Virus record (IMG/VR): IMGVR_UViG_3300024346_006382
Length of the DNA stretch: 64,000 nt
Source of the DNA: an uncultured virus (IMG/VR IMGVR_UViG_3300024346_006382)
Lineage: Duplodnaviria; Heunggongvirae; Uroviricota; Caudoviricetes
Reading direction: 5' to 3' (one strand)
Shown: piece after piece, positions 25,583-35,498 of the stretch
How the letters are laid out: every line of letters begins with the position of its first letter
Position numbering within the stretch: position 1 is the stretch's first letter
Translations under genes and position numbers: made by a program
Notes under the pieces: generated by a model
What the model was told of the DNA's origin: nothing
Seen by the model: the letters and a program-made list of their open reading frames with translations, nothing else
The model's database searches: none

Positions 25583-28500
25583 TATGCGTAGCCTTTACTC
25601 AATGTTGCGTAATATGTAGTACCATCATAAAAAACAGACATAATATCAATACTAGATGCCGCAGTTGATAACGTTTTACTATTACCAGCAAACTTCATTG
25701 TACTAGACAATAATCTATTACCAGTAGCATCCTGTGTTAATATCAATACTGCACTAGATCCAGCTAGAGCATTACCTAATGCATTAATAGTAATATTGCC
25801 AGTCAATGTATAGTTAAATATAGTTCCTGTTGCTACGTTTGGAGTTAATGTGGCTGCACCTGTATTACCACCTGCAACCACAGTTTCTTTATATGCAGTA
25901 AGATTAACATTAGATGCGGTAAATGTATTAGCAGATATGACATTTGCATTAGTGATATTACCACCGGTACCATTACCTGCAATAAAGTTATTAGCTGTAA
26001 TGTTACCAGTTGCTGTCATTGTGTTAGCAGATATGACGTTTGCGTTGGTGATATTACCACCTGACCCAGATGTGACTAAATTACCTAAACTAGCATTACC
26101 AGTAGCATTTAATGTGCCGGCTACATTAACACCAGTACCAGTTACAATTAATATGTTTGCATTACCAACAGCACTCATTGTGATATTGCCGTTTGCAGTA
26201 GCAATATTTACATTACTATTTCCATTACTGATACTAGAACTGCTTGTACTAATTCCTGTAAGTTGACTACCATTACCTAAAATATATGCTCCGGTAATAT
26301 TACCAGAAGCTGTCATCGTGTTAGCTGAGATGACATTTGCATTGGTGATATTACCACCGGTACCATTACCTGCAATAAAGTTATTAGCTGTAATGTTACC
26401 TGTTGCATTTAATGTACCGGCTACATTAACACCAGTACCTGTAACAACTAATATGTTTGCATTACCAACTGCACTAATGTTTACATTGCCATTAGCTGAT
26501 GGGATAGAAATATTACTGTTACCATTTGATAGACCTGCAGTAGTGATTCCAGTTAAATATACGCCATTACCTGTAAAGAAGTTAGCTGTTACATTATTAC
26601 CTAAATTTGCATTAGCGGCTGTGATATTACCACTTGCTGTAAATGTATTAGCACTAATAACGTTACCACCGGTAATATTACCACCTGATCCGCTTGTTAC
26701 GACATTGCCGGCTGTGATATTACCACTTGCGGTGAACGTGTTAGCACTGATAACGTTTGCATTAGTGATGTTACCACCAGTACCTGATGATATTAGATTA
26801 CTTACAGTAGTGTTACCTGACACATTTAGTGTCCCGGCTACATTAACACCTGTACCAGTAACAACTACTATGTTTGCATTACCAACAGCACTCATTGTGA
26901 TGTTACCATTTGCAGTAGCAATACTTACATTACTATTGCCATTACTTATGTTACTTGATGCGCTTGATACAGTAGCCCAACTTAATCCGCCTGCACCGTT
27001 TGTTGATAGATATTGTCCGTTTGAGCCACCTGTAATTGTTACGTTACCCACTGCACCTAAATTACTTGTTCCGGATACAGTTAAACTAGTTAGTGTACCT
27101 GTACTTGTGATATTTGGTTGTGCTGCCGTTGTTACTGTACCAGCAGTTGTTGCACTAGTTGCCGAGTTAGCAGTCCCATAGAAGTTACCAGTGAAGTAAT
27201 TAGCAGTTACGCTATTACCCAAACTTGCATTACCTGCAGTGACATTACCGCTTGCTGTAAATGTGTTAGCACTAATAACGTTGGCATTAGTGATGTTACC
27301 ACCTGAACCAGATGCATAGATATTACCTGCGTTGACATTACCACTAGCGGTAAGTGTGTTAGCACTAATAACGTTTGCATTACTGATATTACCACCAGTA
27401 CCTGATGATATTAGATTACTTACAGTAGTGTTACCTGACACATTTAGTGTCCCGGCTACATTAACACCTGTACCAGTAACCACTATAATGTTTGCATTAC
27501 CTGCAACGCTAGTTGTTATATTACCATTTGCAGTTACAGTTACATTACTGTTCCCGTTTACAATTGTATTACCGGCACTTACTGTAATACCTGTCAATAG
27601 ACTACCATTACCACTAAAGAAGTTAGCTGTAACTAAGTTACCTAAGTTAGCATTACCAGATGTAATGTTACCTGTTACTGCTAAACTACTTAATGTACCA
27701 ACACTAGTTATATTTGGTTGTGCGGCTGTTGTTACTGTACCTGCAGTTGTTGCACTTGTAGCGGTCGTTGCCGAGTTAGCAGTCCCATAGAAGTTACCGG
27801 TGAAGTAGTTTGCTACTACACTATTACCCAAATTAGCATTACCTGCTGTGATATTACCGCTAGCTGTGAATGTATTTGCACTAATAACATTGGCGTTACT
27901 GATATTACCACCACTACCACTAGTTACAACATTACCAGCAGTGATATTACCACTGGCTACGAATGTGTTAGCACTAATGACGTTAACATTACTTATGTTA
28001 CCACCACTACCGCTACTGAATAGATTACCAACAGTAGTATTACCTGTTGCGTTTAGTGTACCTGCAACATTAACGCCTGTGCCTGTTACTACCACTATGT
28101 TTGCATTACCTGCACTGCTCATAGTAATATTGCCATTTGCGGCTGCAATACTTACATTACTATTGCCATTGCTGATATTACTTGTTGAACCAGATGTTAC
28201 TGTAGACCAAGTTAGTGTACCAGATCCATCTGTTTGTAGATATTGACCATTACTACCACCTGTGATTTTTACATTAGCAACTGGACCAAGTGATACGTTA
28301 CTTGCACCAATTAAGTTAGCAGTACCTGTACTTGTTATACCAGTTAGTGTACCAACACTTGTAATATTTGGTTGTGCCGCAGTATATACTGTACCGGACA
28401 CTAAACTATTAGCTACTTGACCAGATACATTACCACCGGCTAAGCTTGTTAAGTTAGCACCACTACCGATGAAATAGTTAGCTGTAACTGCATTACCTAA

Positions 28501-31500
28501 GTTAGCATTACCGGCTGTTATATTACCTGAAGCAGTAAATGTATTAGCACTAATGACGTTAGCATTACTGATGTTACCACCTGAACCACTTGTTACAACA
28601 TTACCGGCTGTGATATTACCACTGGCTACAAAAGTATTAGCACTAATGACATTGACATTGCTTATATTACCACCAGATCCACTACTGAATAGATTACCAA
28701 CTGTGGTATTACCTGTAGCGTTTAATGTACCGGCTACATTTACACCAGTACCAGTAACTATCATAGTTGTATTACCAACTGCTGTTAAGTTGATATTTCC
28801 ATTAGCAGCCGGGATATTTACATTACTGTTGCCATTGCTGATATTACTTGTTGACCCAGAACTAACAGTAGCCCATGATAATGTACCGGATCCATCTGTT
28901 TGTAGATATTGACCAGTAGTACCACCTGTAATTTTTACGTTACCGACAGGTCCTAAACTTACGTTACTTGCGCCAATTAAGTTAGCAGTACCAGTAGTTG
29001 TTAATCCAGTTAATGTACCAACACTTGTTATATTAGGTTGTGCTGCCGTTGTTACAGTACCGGCTGTAGTTGCTGAGTTAGCTGTACCATAGAAGTTACC
29101 AGTGAAGTAATTAGCTGTAACACTATTACCTAAATTAGCATTACCGGCTGTGATGTTACCACTTGCAGTGAATGTATTTGCAGAAATAACATTACCGCCA
29201 GTAATATTACCACCACTACCACTAGTTACAATATTACCGGCTGTGATATTACCACTTGCTGTAAATGTATTAGCTGATATGGCATTGATATTAGATAATG
29301 TGCCACCTGATCCTGAAGTAACTAAATTACCAACTGTAGCATTACCAGTTACATTTAGTGTACCAGCAATATTTGCACCAGTTCCAGTTACAATTAATAT
29401 ATTAGCATTGCCTGCACTACTTAGTGTAATATTACCATTTGCAGTTACTACTACATTACTATTACCATTTACAATAGTATTACCAGCACTTGCAGTAATA
29501 CCTGTCAATAAACTACCATTACCTGTAAAGAAATTTGCAGTAACTAAGTTACCTAAATTAGCATTGCCGGCTGTTATGTTACCACTTGCAGTAAATGTGT
29601 TTGCTGATATAACGTTGGCATTACCAATATTACCACCTGAGCCAGTTGTATTGATATTGTTTGCTGAGATATTACCACTAGCAACAAAGGTATTAGCTGT
29701 TATTACATTAACATTACTTATGTTACCACCGGAACCACTAGTTGATAAATTAGCAACTGTCGTGTTACCACTTACGTTTAATGTACCTGCTACATTAACA
29801 CCAGTACCGGTTACTATTACAATATTTGCGTTACCTGCTACACTAGTTGTTACATTACCGTTTGCGGCAACAAGTACATTGCTATTTCCATTTACAATAG
29901 TATTACTTGCGCTTACTGTAATACCAGTCAACAGACTACCATTGCCAGTGAAGAAGTTAGCAGTAACTAAGTTACCTAAATTAGCATTGCCAGCGGTAAT
30001 ATTACCACTTGCAGTAAATGTATTTGCACTGATGACATTTGCATTAGTGATGTTACCGCCTGAACCAGACGCATAGATATTACCAGCATTGACATTACCA
30101 CTAGCAGTAAGTGTATTTGCTGAGATAACATTGGCATTACTGATATTACCACCGGTACCTGATGATATTAGATTACTTACAGTAGTGTTACCACTGACAT
30201 TTAATGTACCGGCTACATTAACACCAGTGCCAGTTACTACCATTACAGTATTGCCAACTGCTGTTAAGTTGATATTGCCATTTGCACTTGGGATATTTAC
30301 ATTACTATTACCATTGCTGATATTACTTGTTGATCCAGAACTAACAGTAGACCATGATAATGTACCGGAACCATCTGTTTGTAGATATTGACCAGTAGTA
30401 CCACCTGTGATGTGTACATTAGCTACTGGACCCAATGCTACATTACTTGCACCAGTTAAGTTAGCAGTACCAGTACTAGTTATACCAGTTAGTGTACCAA
30501 CTGAGGTTATATTTGGCTGTGCTGCCGTTGTTACAGTACCGGCAGTTGTTGCTGAGTTAGCTGTACCATAGAAGTTACCAGTGAAGTAGTTAGCTATTAC
30601 ACTGTTACCTAAATTAGCATTGCCGGCTGTTATGTTGCCACTTGCAGTGAATGTATTAGCTGAGATAACATTAGCATTACTGATATTACCTCCGCTTCCT
30701 GATGTTACAATATTACCTGCAGTAACATTACCACTAGCAACAAATGTATTAGCTGAAATAACATTAACGTTAGATATGTTACCACCAGATCCACTCGTTG
30801 ATAAATTAGCAACTGTGGTATTTCCACTTACGTTTAGTGTACCGGCTACATTGACTCCGGTACCGGTAACAATTAATATATTTGCATTACCTGCAACACT
30901 AGTTGTCACGTTACCATTTGCGGTAACAAGTACATTACTATTGCCATTGACAATGGTGTTTCCTGCACTTACAGTAATACCAGTTAATAAACTACCATTA
31001 CCACTAAAGAAATTAGCTGTTACTAAATTACCTAAATTAGCGTTGCCTGCTGTGATATTACCACTTGCGGTGAATGTGTTTGCTGATATAACGTTGGCAT
31101 TGCCAATATTACCACCACTACCAGTTGTATTGATGTTGGTTGCAGTGATGTTACCACTTGCTATGAATGTGTTAGCTGATATTACATTAACGTTACTTAC
31201 GTTACCACCACTGCCCGAAGTAACTATGTTACCAACTGTCGCATTACCACTTACGTTTAATGTACCGGTAATATTAGCGCCTGTACCAGTAACAACTACT
31301 ATATTAGCATTACCTGCACTACTAATGTTAACATTGCCATTAGCGGCTGGGATATTTACGTTACTATTACCATTACTGATATTACTTGTTGATCCGGAAC
31401 TTACAGCGGTCCAACTTAAGTTACCTGCACCGTCTGGTTGTAGTACATAGTTAGCTGTACCACCAGTGATTTTTAGATTACCAACTGCACCCAATGATAC

Positions 31501-31713
31501 GTTAGCACCACTGAAGGCAGTATTACCAGACACAGTTAGATTAACCAATGTACCTGTGCTAGTAATATTAGGCTGTGTAGCTGTTGTTAATGTTCCAGTA
31601 ACATAGTTTGCGCTAACTAAATTAGCACCATTAACATTACTTGCGGTTACATTGGCAAAGGTGTAATTAGCGGTTGTATCTAAATTGAACGGTTGTAACT
31701 TTGTAATTGCCAT
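25582..31713 (-). CDS. Giant Asn/Gly/Thr/Ser-rich fibre-like virion protein (2043 aa)
   Basis: Recurrent AQPNITSVGTL, SNISNGNSNVNI, GGNISNANVISANTF and ITGG..GQYLQTDGSG.LSW modules; C-terminal beta-rich domain ending DIMSVFYDGTTYY. Confidence 0.8.
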   Translation of the reverse strand: MAITKLQPFNLDTTANYTFANVTASNVNGANLVSANYVTGTLTTATQPNITSTGTLVNLTVSGNTAFSGANVSLGAVGNLKITGGTANYVLQPDGAGNLSWTAVSSGSTSNISNGNSNVNIPAANGNVNISSAGNANIVVVTGTGANITGTLNVSGNATVGNIVTSGSGGNVSNVNVISANTFIASGNITATNINTTGSGGNIGNANVISANTFTASGNITAGNANLGNLVTANFFSGNGSLLTGITVSAGNTIVNGNSNVLVTANGNVTTSVAGNANILIVTGTGVNVAGTLNVSGNTTVANLSTSGSGGNISNVNVISANTFVASGNVTAGNIVTSGSGGNISNANVISANTFTASGNITAGNANLGNSVIANYFTGNFYGTANSATTAGTVTTAAQPNITSVGTLTGITSTGTANLTGASNVALGPVANVHITGGTTGQYLQTDGSGTLSWSTVSSGSTSNISNGNSNVNIPSANGNINLTAVGNTVMVVTGTGVNVAGTLNVSGNTTVSNLISSGTGGNISNANVISANTLTASGNVNAGNIYASGSGGNITNANVISANTFTASGNITAGNANLGNLVTANFFTGNGSLLTGITVSASNTIVNGNSNVLVAANGNVTTSVAGNANIVIVTGTGVNVAGTLNVSGNTTVANLSTSGSGGNISNVNVITANTFVASGNISANNINTTGSGGNIGNANVISANTFTASGNITAGNANLGNLVTANFFTGNGSLLTGITASAGNTIVNGNSNVVVTANGNITLSSAGNANILIVTGTGANIAGTLNVTGNATVGNLVTSGSGGTLSNINAISANTFTASGNITAGNIVTSGSGGNITGGNVISANTFTASGNITAGNANLGNSVTANYFTGNFYGTANSATTAGTVTTAAQPNITSVGTLTGLTTTGTANLIGASNVSLGPVGNVKITGGTTGQYLQTDGSGTLSWATVSSGSTSNISNGNSNVNIPAANGNINLTAVGNTTMIVTGTGVNVAGTLNATGNTTVGNLFSSGSGGNISNVNVISANTFVASGNITAGNVVTSGSGGNISNANVISANTFTASGNITAGNANLGNAVTANYFIGSGANLTSLAGGNVSGQVANSLVSGTVYTAAQPNITSVGTLTGITSTGTANLIGASNVSLGPVANVKITGGSNGQYLQTDGSGTLTWSTVTSGSTSNISNGNSNVSIAAANGNITMSSAGNANIVVVTGTGVNVAGTLNATGNTTVGNLFSSGSGGNISNVNVISANTFVASGNITAGNVVTSGSGGNISNANVISANTFTASGNITAGNANLGNSVVANYFTGNFYGTANSATTATSATTAGTVTTAAQPNITSVGTLSSLAVTGNITSGNANLGNLVTANFFSGNGSLLTGITVSAGNTIVNGNSNVTVTANGNITTSVAGNANIIVVTGTGVNVAGTLNVSGNTTVSNLISSGTGGNISNANVISANTLTASGNVNAGNIYASGSGGNITNANVISANTFTASGNVTAGNASLGNSVTANYFTGNFYGTANSATSATTAGTVTTAAQPNITSTGTLTSLTVSGTSNLGAVGNVTITGGSNGQYLSTNGAGGLSWATVSSASSNISNGNSNVSIATANGNITMSAVGNANIVVVTGTGVNVAGTLNVSGNTTVSNLISSGTGGNITNANVISANTFTASGNITAGNVVTSGSGGNITGGNVISANTFTASGNITAANANLGNNVTANFFTGNGVYLTGITTAGLSNGNSNISIPSANGNVNISAVGNANILVVTGTGVNVAGTLNATGNITANNFIAGNGTGGNITNANVISANTMTASGNITGAYILGNGSQLTGISTSSSSISNGNSNVNIATANGNITMSAVGNANILIVTGTGVNVAGTLNATGNASLGNLVTSGSGGNITNANVISANTMTATGNITANNFIAGNGTGGNITNANVISANTFTASNVNLTAYKETVVAGGNTGAATLTPNVATGTIFNYTLTGNITINALGNALAGSSAVLILTQDATGNRLLSSTMKFAGNSKTLSTAASSIDIMSVFYDGTTYYATLSKGYA
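26771..27480. repeat. 92-nt exact direct repeat within a fibre gene (26771-26862 = 27389-27480)
   Basis: Compared by eye; one example of many. Confidence 0.85.
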
Positions 31714-31765
31714 GTAGTAATTCTCTTATTGTTTTAATTGGATTAATTTACAAATCCCATATATG

Positions 31766-31773
31766 TATTTAAT
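31766..31773 (-). promoter_or_regulatory. Late-promoter-like ATTAAATA
   Basis: Intergenic, upstream of the 2043-aa fibre gene. Confidence 0.5.
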
Positions 31774-31792
31774 CCAATTTAACTCCTAACAG

Positions 31793-32152
31793 TTACTGAG
31801 GCGTAGTGATTTCAATCCAACTAGTTGTTTCTTCATCCCAGCTATACATTTTACCATCATCTGGCATTGCTATAGGAGCTTCCCACAAGCATGTAGTTTC
31901 ATTTAATACCCAGCTGTTAAAAGGTTTAGGTGGAATAAATGCATCTCTAGTACTATCATAAGTATAGCCTATACCAGCATAATTTTTACGTAATGGTGTG
32001 CCACCTTGTGTATGTACACCACCAGATGTGTTATAGCTTGTTTGAATCCAGCTGTTTGGATCACCGAATAGACCAGTATCTACTACATCTTGTTCTATTA
32101 CAATTACTTGTGTTACTATGTTATTACCATCTATTTGTGCGAAATGACTCAT
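31793..32152 (-). CDS. Phage protein accompanying the glycine-rich adhesins (possible assembly partner)
   Basis: MSHFAQID...VTQVIV, WIQTSYN, RKNYAGIGYTYD..RDAFIPPKP..SW.L.E.TC.WEAP; function inferred from position. Confidence 0.7.
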   Translation of the reverse strand: MSHFAQIDGNNIVTQVIVIEQDVVDTGLFGDPNSWIQTSYNTSGGVHTQGGTPLRKNYAGIGYTYDSTRDAFIPPKPFNSWVLNETTCLWEAPIAMPDDGKMYSWDEETTSWIEITTPQ

Positions 32153-32169
32153 TTTTTATTTTCCTTTAA

Positions 32170-33042
32170 TTAAAATGTTATTGAACCACTGCTGGTCCAT
32201 TGATATACTCTATATCCACCAGCAGTTGTTATTGTCGGTGTTCCTGTTGTACTTGTTGCGGCTGCGTATGTATCGGCATAGCGAATGATTACGATTCCTG
32301 AACCACCGGAACCACCTGTATATTGGGTTCCATCGTTATACCAACCACCGCCACCACCGCCACCTGTATATGGAGTACCAGATATACCGTTACCGCTATT
32401 TGATCCATTACCGCCTCCACCTGTACCACCTGTACCACCTGTTGCGCCTGTAGTAAATGTTCCTCCTCCCCCTCCTCCAGCATAATAAGTCAATGACCCG
32501 CTGATAGAAGATGAGAGTCCTACGCCTCCTGCACCACCAGTAGTACCACCAGTTGTAGAATTTCCACCCACTGCACCGGCTCCGCCACCGCCTGCACCAG
32601 GATAGTTACCACCATTAGTACCTGCACTACCTCCAGAATTGCCTTGGCTAGCAGTACCTGAGGCACCGGTTTGATTTGCACCAGTCCAGCCACCACCACC
32701 AGAACCTCCTACTACTGCGGCGCTTCCACCGTTTGCACCTCTGCCGCCACCAATGGATGTGATTGTAGAAAATACTGAATCAGAACCATTTGTGCCATTT
32801 GCTGTGTGTAATCCTCCGTTGCCACCGGCGCCAACAGTAACAGTTATAGGTGTACTACTAGTTACTGCAAATCCTGTATCTGTTCTAAAGCCACCGGCTC
32901 CACCACCGCCTCCGCGGTCACCACTGGCACCACCGCCTCCAGCAACTACAAGATATTCTACAGTTGGGGTAACTGCTGGAACACCACCGTCTGTAATAGT
33001 TATTCCACCGCCTGATATTGTTAATCCACTTAATATTGCCAT
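32170..33042 (-). CDS. Glycine-rich (polyglycine-II sandwich-like) putative adhesin
   Basis: VEYLVVAGGGG..GGGGAGG..ITVTVGAGG..GGSGIVIIRY..GGYRVY.WTSSGSITF. Confidence 0.75.
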   Translation of the reverse strand: MAILSGLTISGGGITITDGGVPAVTPTVEYLVVAGGGGASGDRGGGGGAGGFRTDTGFAVTSSTPITVTVGAGGNGGLHTANGTNGSDSVFSTITSIGGGRGANGGSAAVVGGSGGGGWTGANQTGASGTASQGNSGGSAGTNGGNYPGAGGGGAGAVGGNSTTGGTTGGAGGVGLSSSISGSLTYYAGGGGGGTFTTGATGGTGGTGGGGNGSNSGNGISGTPYTGGGGGGGWYNDGTQYTGGSGGSGIVIIRYADTYAAATSTTGTPTITTAGGYRVYQWTSSGSITF

Positions 33043-33050
33043 ACTATACC

Positions 33051-34145
33051 TTAAAACGTTATTGAACCACTAGTGGTAAAATAGTAATATCTATATCCAC
33101 CTGAAGTAGATGTTGTTGCTCCTGATACGGATGATGCTACTGGCAATGTATCTACATATCGTATTACTACAATTCCTGTTCCTCCACCTGTAAGTGAAAG
33201 ACCACTACTACCACCTACACCATAACTACCACTACCTTGGCTACCAGCTGATGCTTCATAGAAAGGATCACCTGCGCCACCGCCACCGGGAGCATATCTA
33301 TTACCATCTAACCATACGCTGCCTATACCACCATTTCCTCCGGGCTGTGTAGGAGGAAATGGTCCACCTGCATTGCCTTGAGCTCCTTGAGCACCGGCTC
33401 CACCGCCACCACCTGCCGATGAATTATTATCAAAATCACCACTATATGATGGGCCGGCACCACCGCTAGATCCTTGAGAGCCAAAGCCACCAAATCCAAC
33501 TGTAGTGTATGCGCCTTTGCCGCCGCCGCCTGAGCCTCCACTGCCACCATTACCTAAAGCACCACCACCTCCACCGTTTGCCGAAGTGATTCCAGAAATA
33601 CTACTTGATGATCCTGAATCCGCAACTGAAGGATTGGTTGAACTATTTAGTTGGCTTCCGCCACCACCTACAGTAATTGTATAATTTTGTCCTGTAATCA
33701 TATTAGTAGAGCCATCAACATATCCACCGGCGCCACCGCCGCCACCTTGACTATGACCACCGCCACCTCCACCGATTATTAAATAATTTACTGCTCTAGT
33801 AACTGGAGGGGTAGTAATACTATTACTTGTTTGACTATTAATGCTAGTACCATTACCATTAGTTGCGGTTACTGTAAATATATAGCTTGTATTTGGGGTT
33901 AAACCTGATATGTTAAAAGTACCAGATCCTGCTTGATTTAATGTAGTAGTAATATTACCTGGACTGCTTGTTGCTGTGTAACTTGTTATAGTAGTAGAGC
34001 CACCATAAATTGGTGCAGTAAATGTTAATGTTGCTGTTGTAGTACCAGTTGCAGTAGCTGTTCCAATTGTTGGGGCATCAGGCACAAAGGCTGGAGTTAT
34101 TGTCCATCCATCTGATATTGTTACGCCTGAAAAAGTTAATGCCAT
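33051..34145 (-). CDS. FN3 domain plus glycine-rich putative adhesin
   Basis: PDAPTIGTA..LTFTAP..ITSYT..SGLTPNTSYIFTVTATNGNG (FN3), followed by the same Gly-rich domain. Confidence 0.8.
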   Translation of the reverse strand: MALTFSGVTISDGWTITPAFVPDAPTIGTATATGTTTATLTFTAPIYGGSTTITSYTATSSPGNITTTLNQAGSGTFNISGLTPNTSYIFTVTATNGNGTSINSQTSNSITTPPVTRAVNYLIIGGGGGGHSQGGGGGAGGYVDGSTNMITGQNYTITVGGGGSQLNSSTNPSVADSGSSSSISGITSANGGGGGALGNGGSGGSGGGGKGAYTTVGFGGFGSQGSSGGAGPSYSGDFDNNSSAGGGGGAGAQGAQGNAGGPFPPTQPGGNGGIGSVWLDGNRYAPGGGGAGDPFYEASAGSQGSGSYGVGGSSGLSLTGGGTGIVVIRYVDTLPVASSVSGATTSTSGGYRYYYFTTSGSITF

Positions 34146-34164
34146 TGTGTGTTTTATCCTATAT

Positions 34165-35124
34165 TTAGAATGTTATTGACCCTGAAGTAATCCACTTATA
34201 TATTCTATATCCACCACTAACAACCGGGAATCCGGCTGCTACTCCTGTTGTGCTTGTTGCCGCTGGATATGTATCTGCATAGCGAATGATTACAATGCCG
34301 GAACCACCATTGCCGCCGGGGCCAGCGCCAGTACCAACACCAGAACTGCCACCTCCGCCACCTGTATTCAGAGTGCCATTTTGATTTGCAGTATTAGTGC
34401 CACCTCCACCACCAAGTCCTCCGGTTCCGAAGCTATTATTGCCACCACCTGCGCCACCACCTGCATAATATGTAGAAGTACCGCTTATGCTTGAGGATAG
34501 ACCTACCCCGCCGTTACCTGGATTAGCAGATTGACCAACACCACCGGCGCCGCCACCTCCGGCACCCGCATACGGTGGAGTATTTCCGGCTGCACTTGAA
34601 GTACCTCCGTCATACCCTTGTCTAGGAGGGCCTGCAGTTCCAAGACCGCCGGTACCTGTTCCCGGTAACGCTCCACCACCACCACCACTACCTCCACTAG
34701 TGGCAATTGCGGCTGAATATGCACCACCACCACCACCACCAATGGTACTAACAGTTGATAAACCAATAATAGAAGATGTTGTACCCTGACTACCGGTGGC
34801 GCCACTTGGGTTAGTGCCACCGGTACCACCCGGGCCGCCGCCGCCTACTGTAACTGTAATAGTAGGTGATCCTGCATTGACGGTAAATCCGGTATTAGTT
34901 AAAAATCCACCGGCACCGCCTCCACCACCGTTCCATTGTCCCCCGCCTCCCCCACCGGCTACAACAAGATATTCTACTGACGGTGGTCCTGCAAATTGCA
35001 AGGGCCAGTTTCCCGCTTTTACGGCTTGTATTTGCTGACTAGTATTGAAAAATCCAGAGGCTGTTACAGAATTAACTACAGCTTCTGTAGCAGATATTAC
35101 ACCACCATAATATCTTTTAACCAT
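34165..35124 (-). CDS. Glycine-rich putative adhesin
   Basis: Same Gly-rich domain; distinct N-terminus MVKRYYGGVISAT...GNWP. Confidence 0.75.
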   Translation of the reverse strand: MVKRYYGGVISATEAVVNSVTASGFFNTSQQIQAVKAGNWPLQFAGPPSVEYLVVAGGGGGGQWNGGGGGAGGFLTNTGFTVNAGSPTITVTVGGGGPGGTGGTNPSGATGSQGTTSSIIGLSTVSTIGGGGGGAYSAAIATSGGSGGGGGALPGTGTGGLGTAGPPRQGYDGGTSSAAGNTPPYAGAGGGGAGGVGQSANPGNGGVGLSSSISGTSTYYAGGGAGGGNNSFGTGGLGGGGGTNTANQNGTLNTGGGGGSSGVGTGAGPGGNGGSGIVIIRYADTYPAATSTTGVAAGFPVVSGGYRIYKWITSGSITF

Positions 35125-35125
35125 T

Positions 35126-35497
35126 TTAACTTATATCCTCATAACTACAAGTAACACACAATGTGTTAGCTGTCCCTGCAGTTGCTCCTAAACTACTGTT
35201 TTCTTCTAAGTAATACTGACTTGTTTTATCAATAACATTCAATGTACTATTACTAGGAACACTTACATTACCTACAAGTTGAAATAATGTTCCACCAACA
35301 TTAGCGGCATTATAATAACCAATTGTTATGTTGGCTGTTGCATTTCCGTAATTAGCTACATTTAATACATTTACTTTTAAGCATTTACCACTACCACTAG
35401 CATTGTTTAATACTGTAGTTGCACTTGTACTTGTTAGGTTTGCACCCGTTGTTTTACCATTGATTGTTGTTGCACTTATTATGTTTGGTGCTGCCAT
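35126..35497 (-). CDS. Small beta-rich virion protein (putative fibre-tip adaptor)
   Basis: Start re-called to MAAPNII at 35497, preceded by GGAGG formed by the final Gly-Gly codons of the upstream fibre gene; the ORF track extends it to 35509. Confidence 0.7.
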   Translation of the reverse strand: MAAPNIISATTINGKTTGANLTSTSATTVLNNASGSGKCLKVNVLNVANYGNATANITIGYYNAANVGGTLFQLVGNVSVPSNSTLNVIDKTSQYYLEENSSLGATAGTANTLCVTCSYEDIS

Positions 35498-35498
35498 G

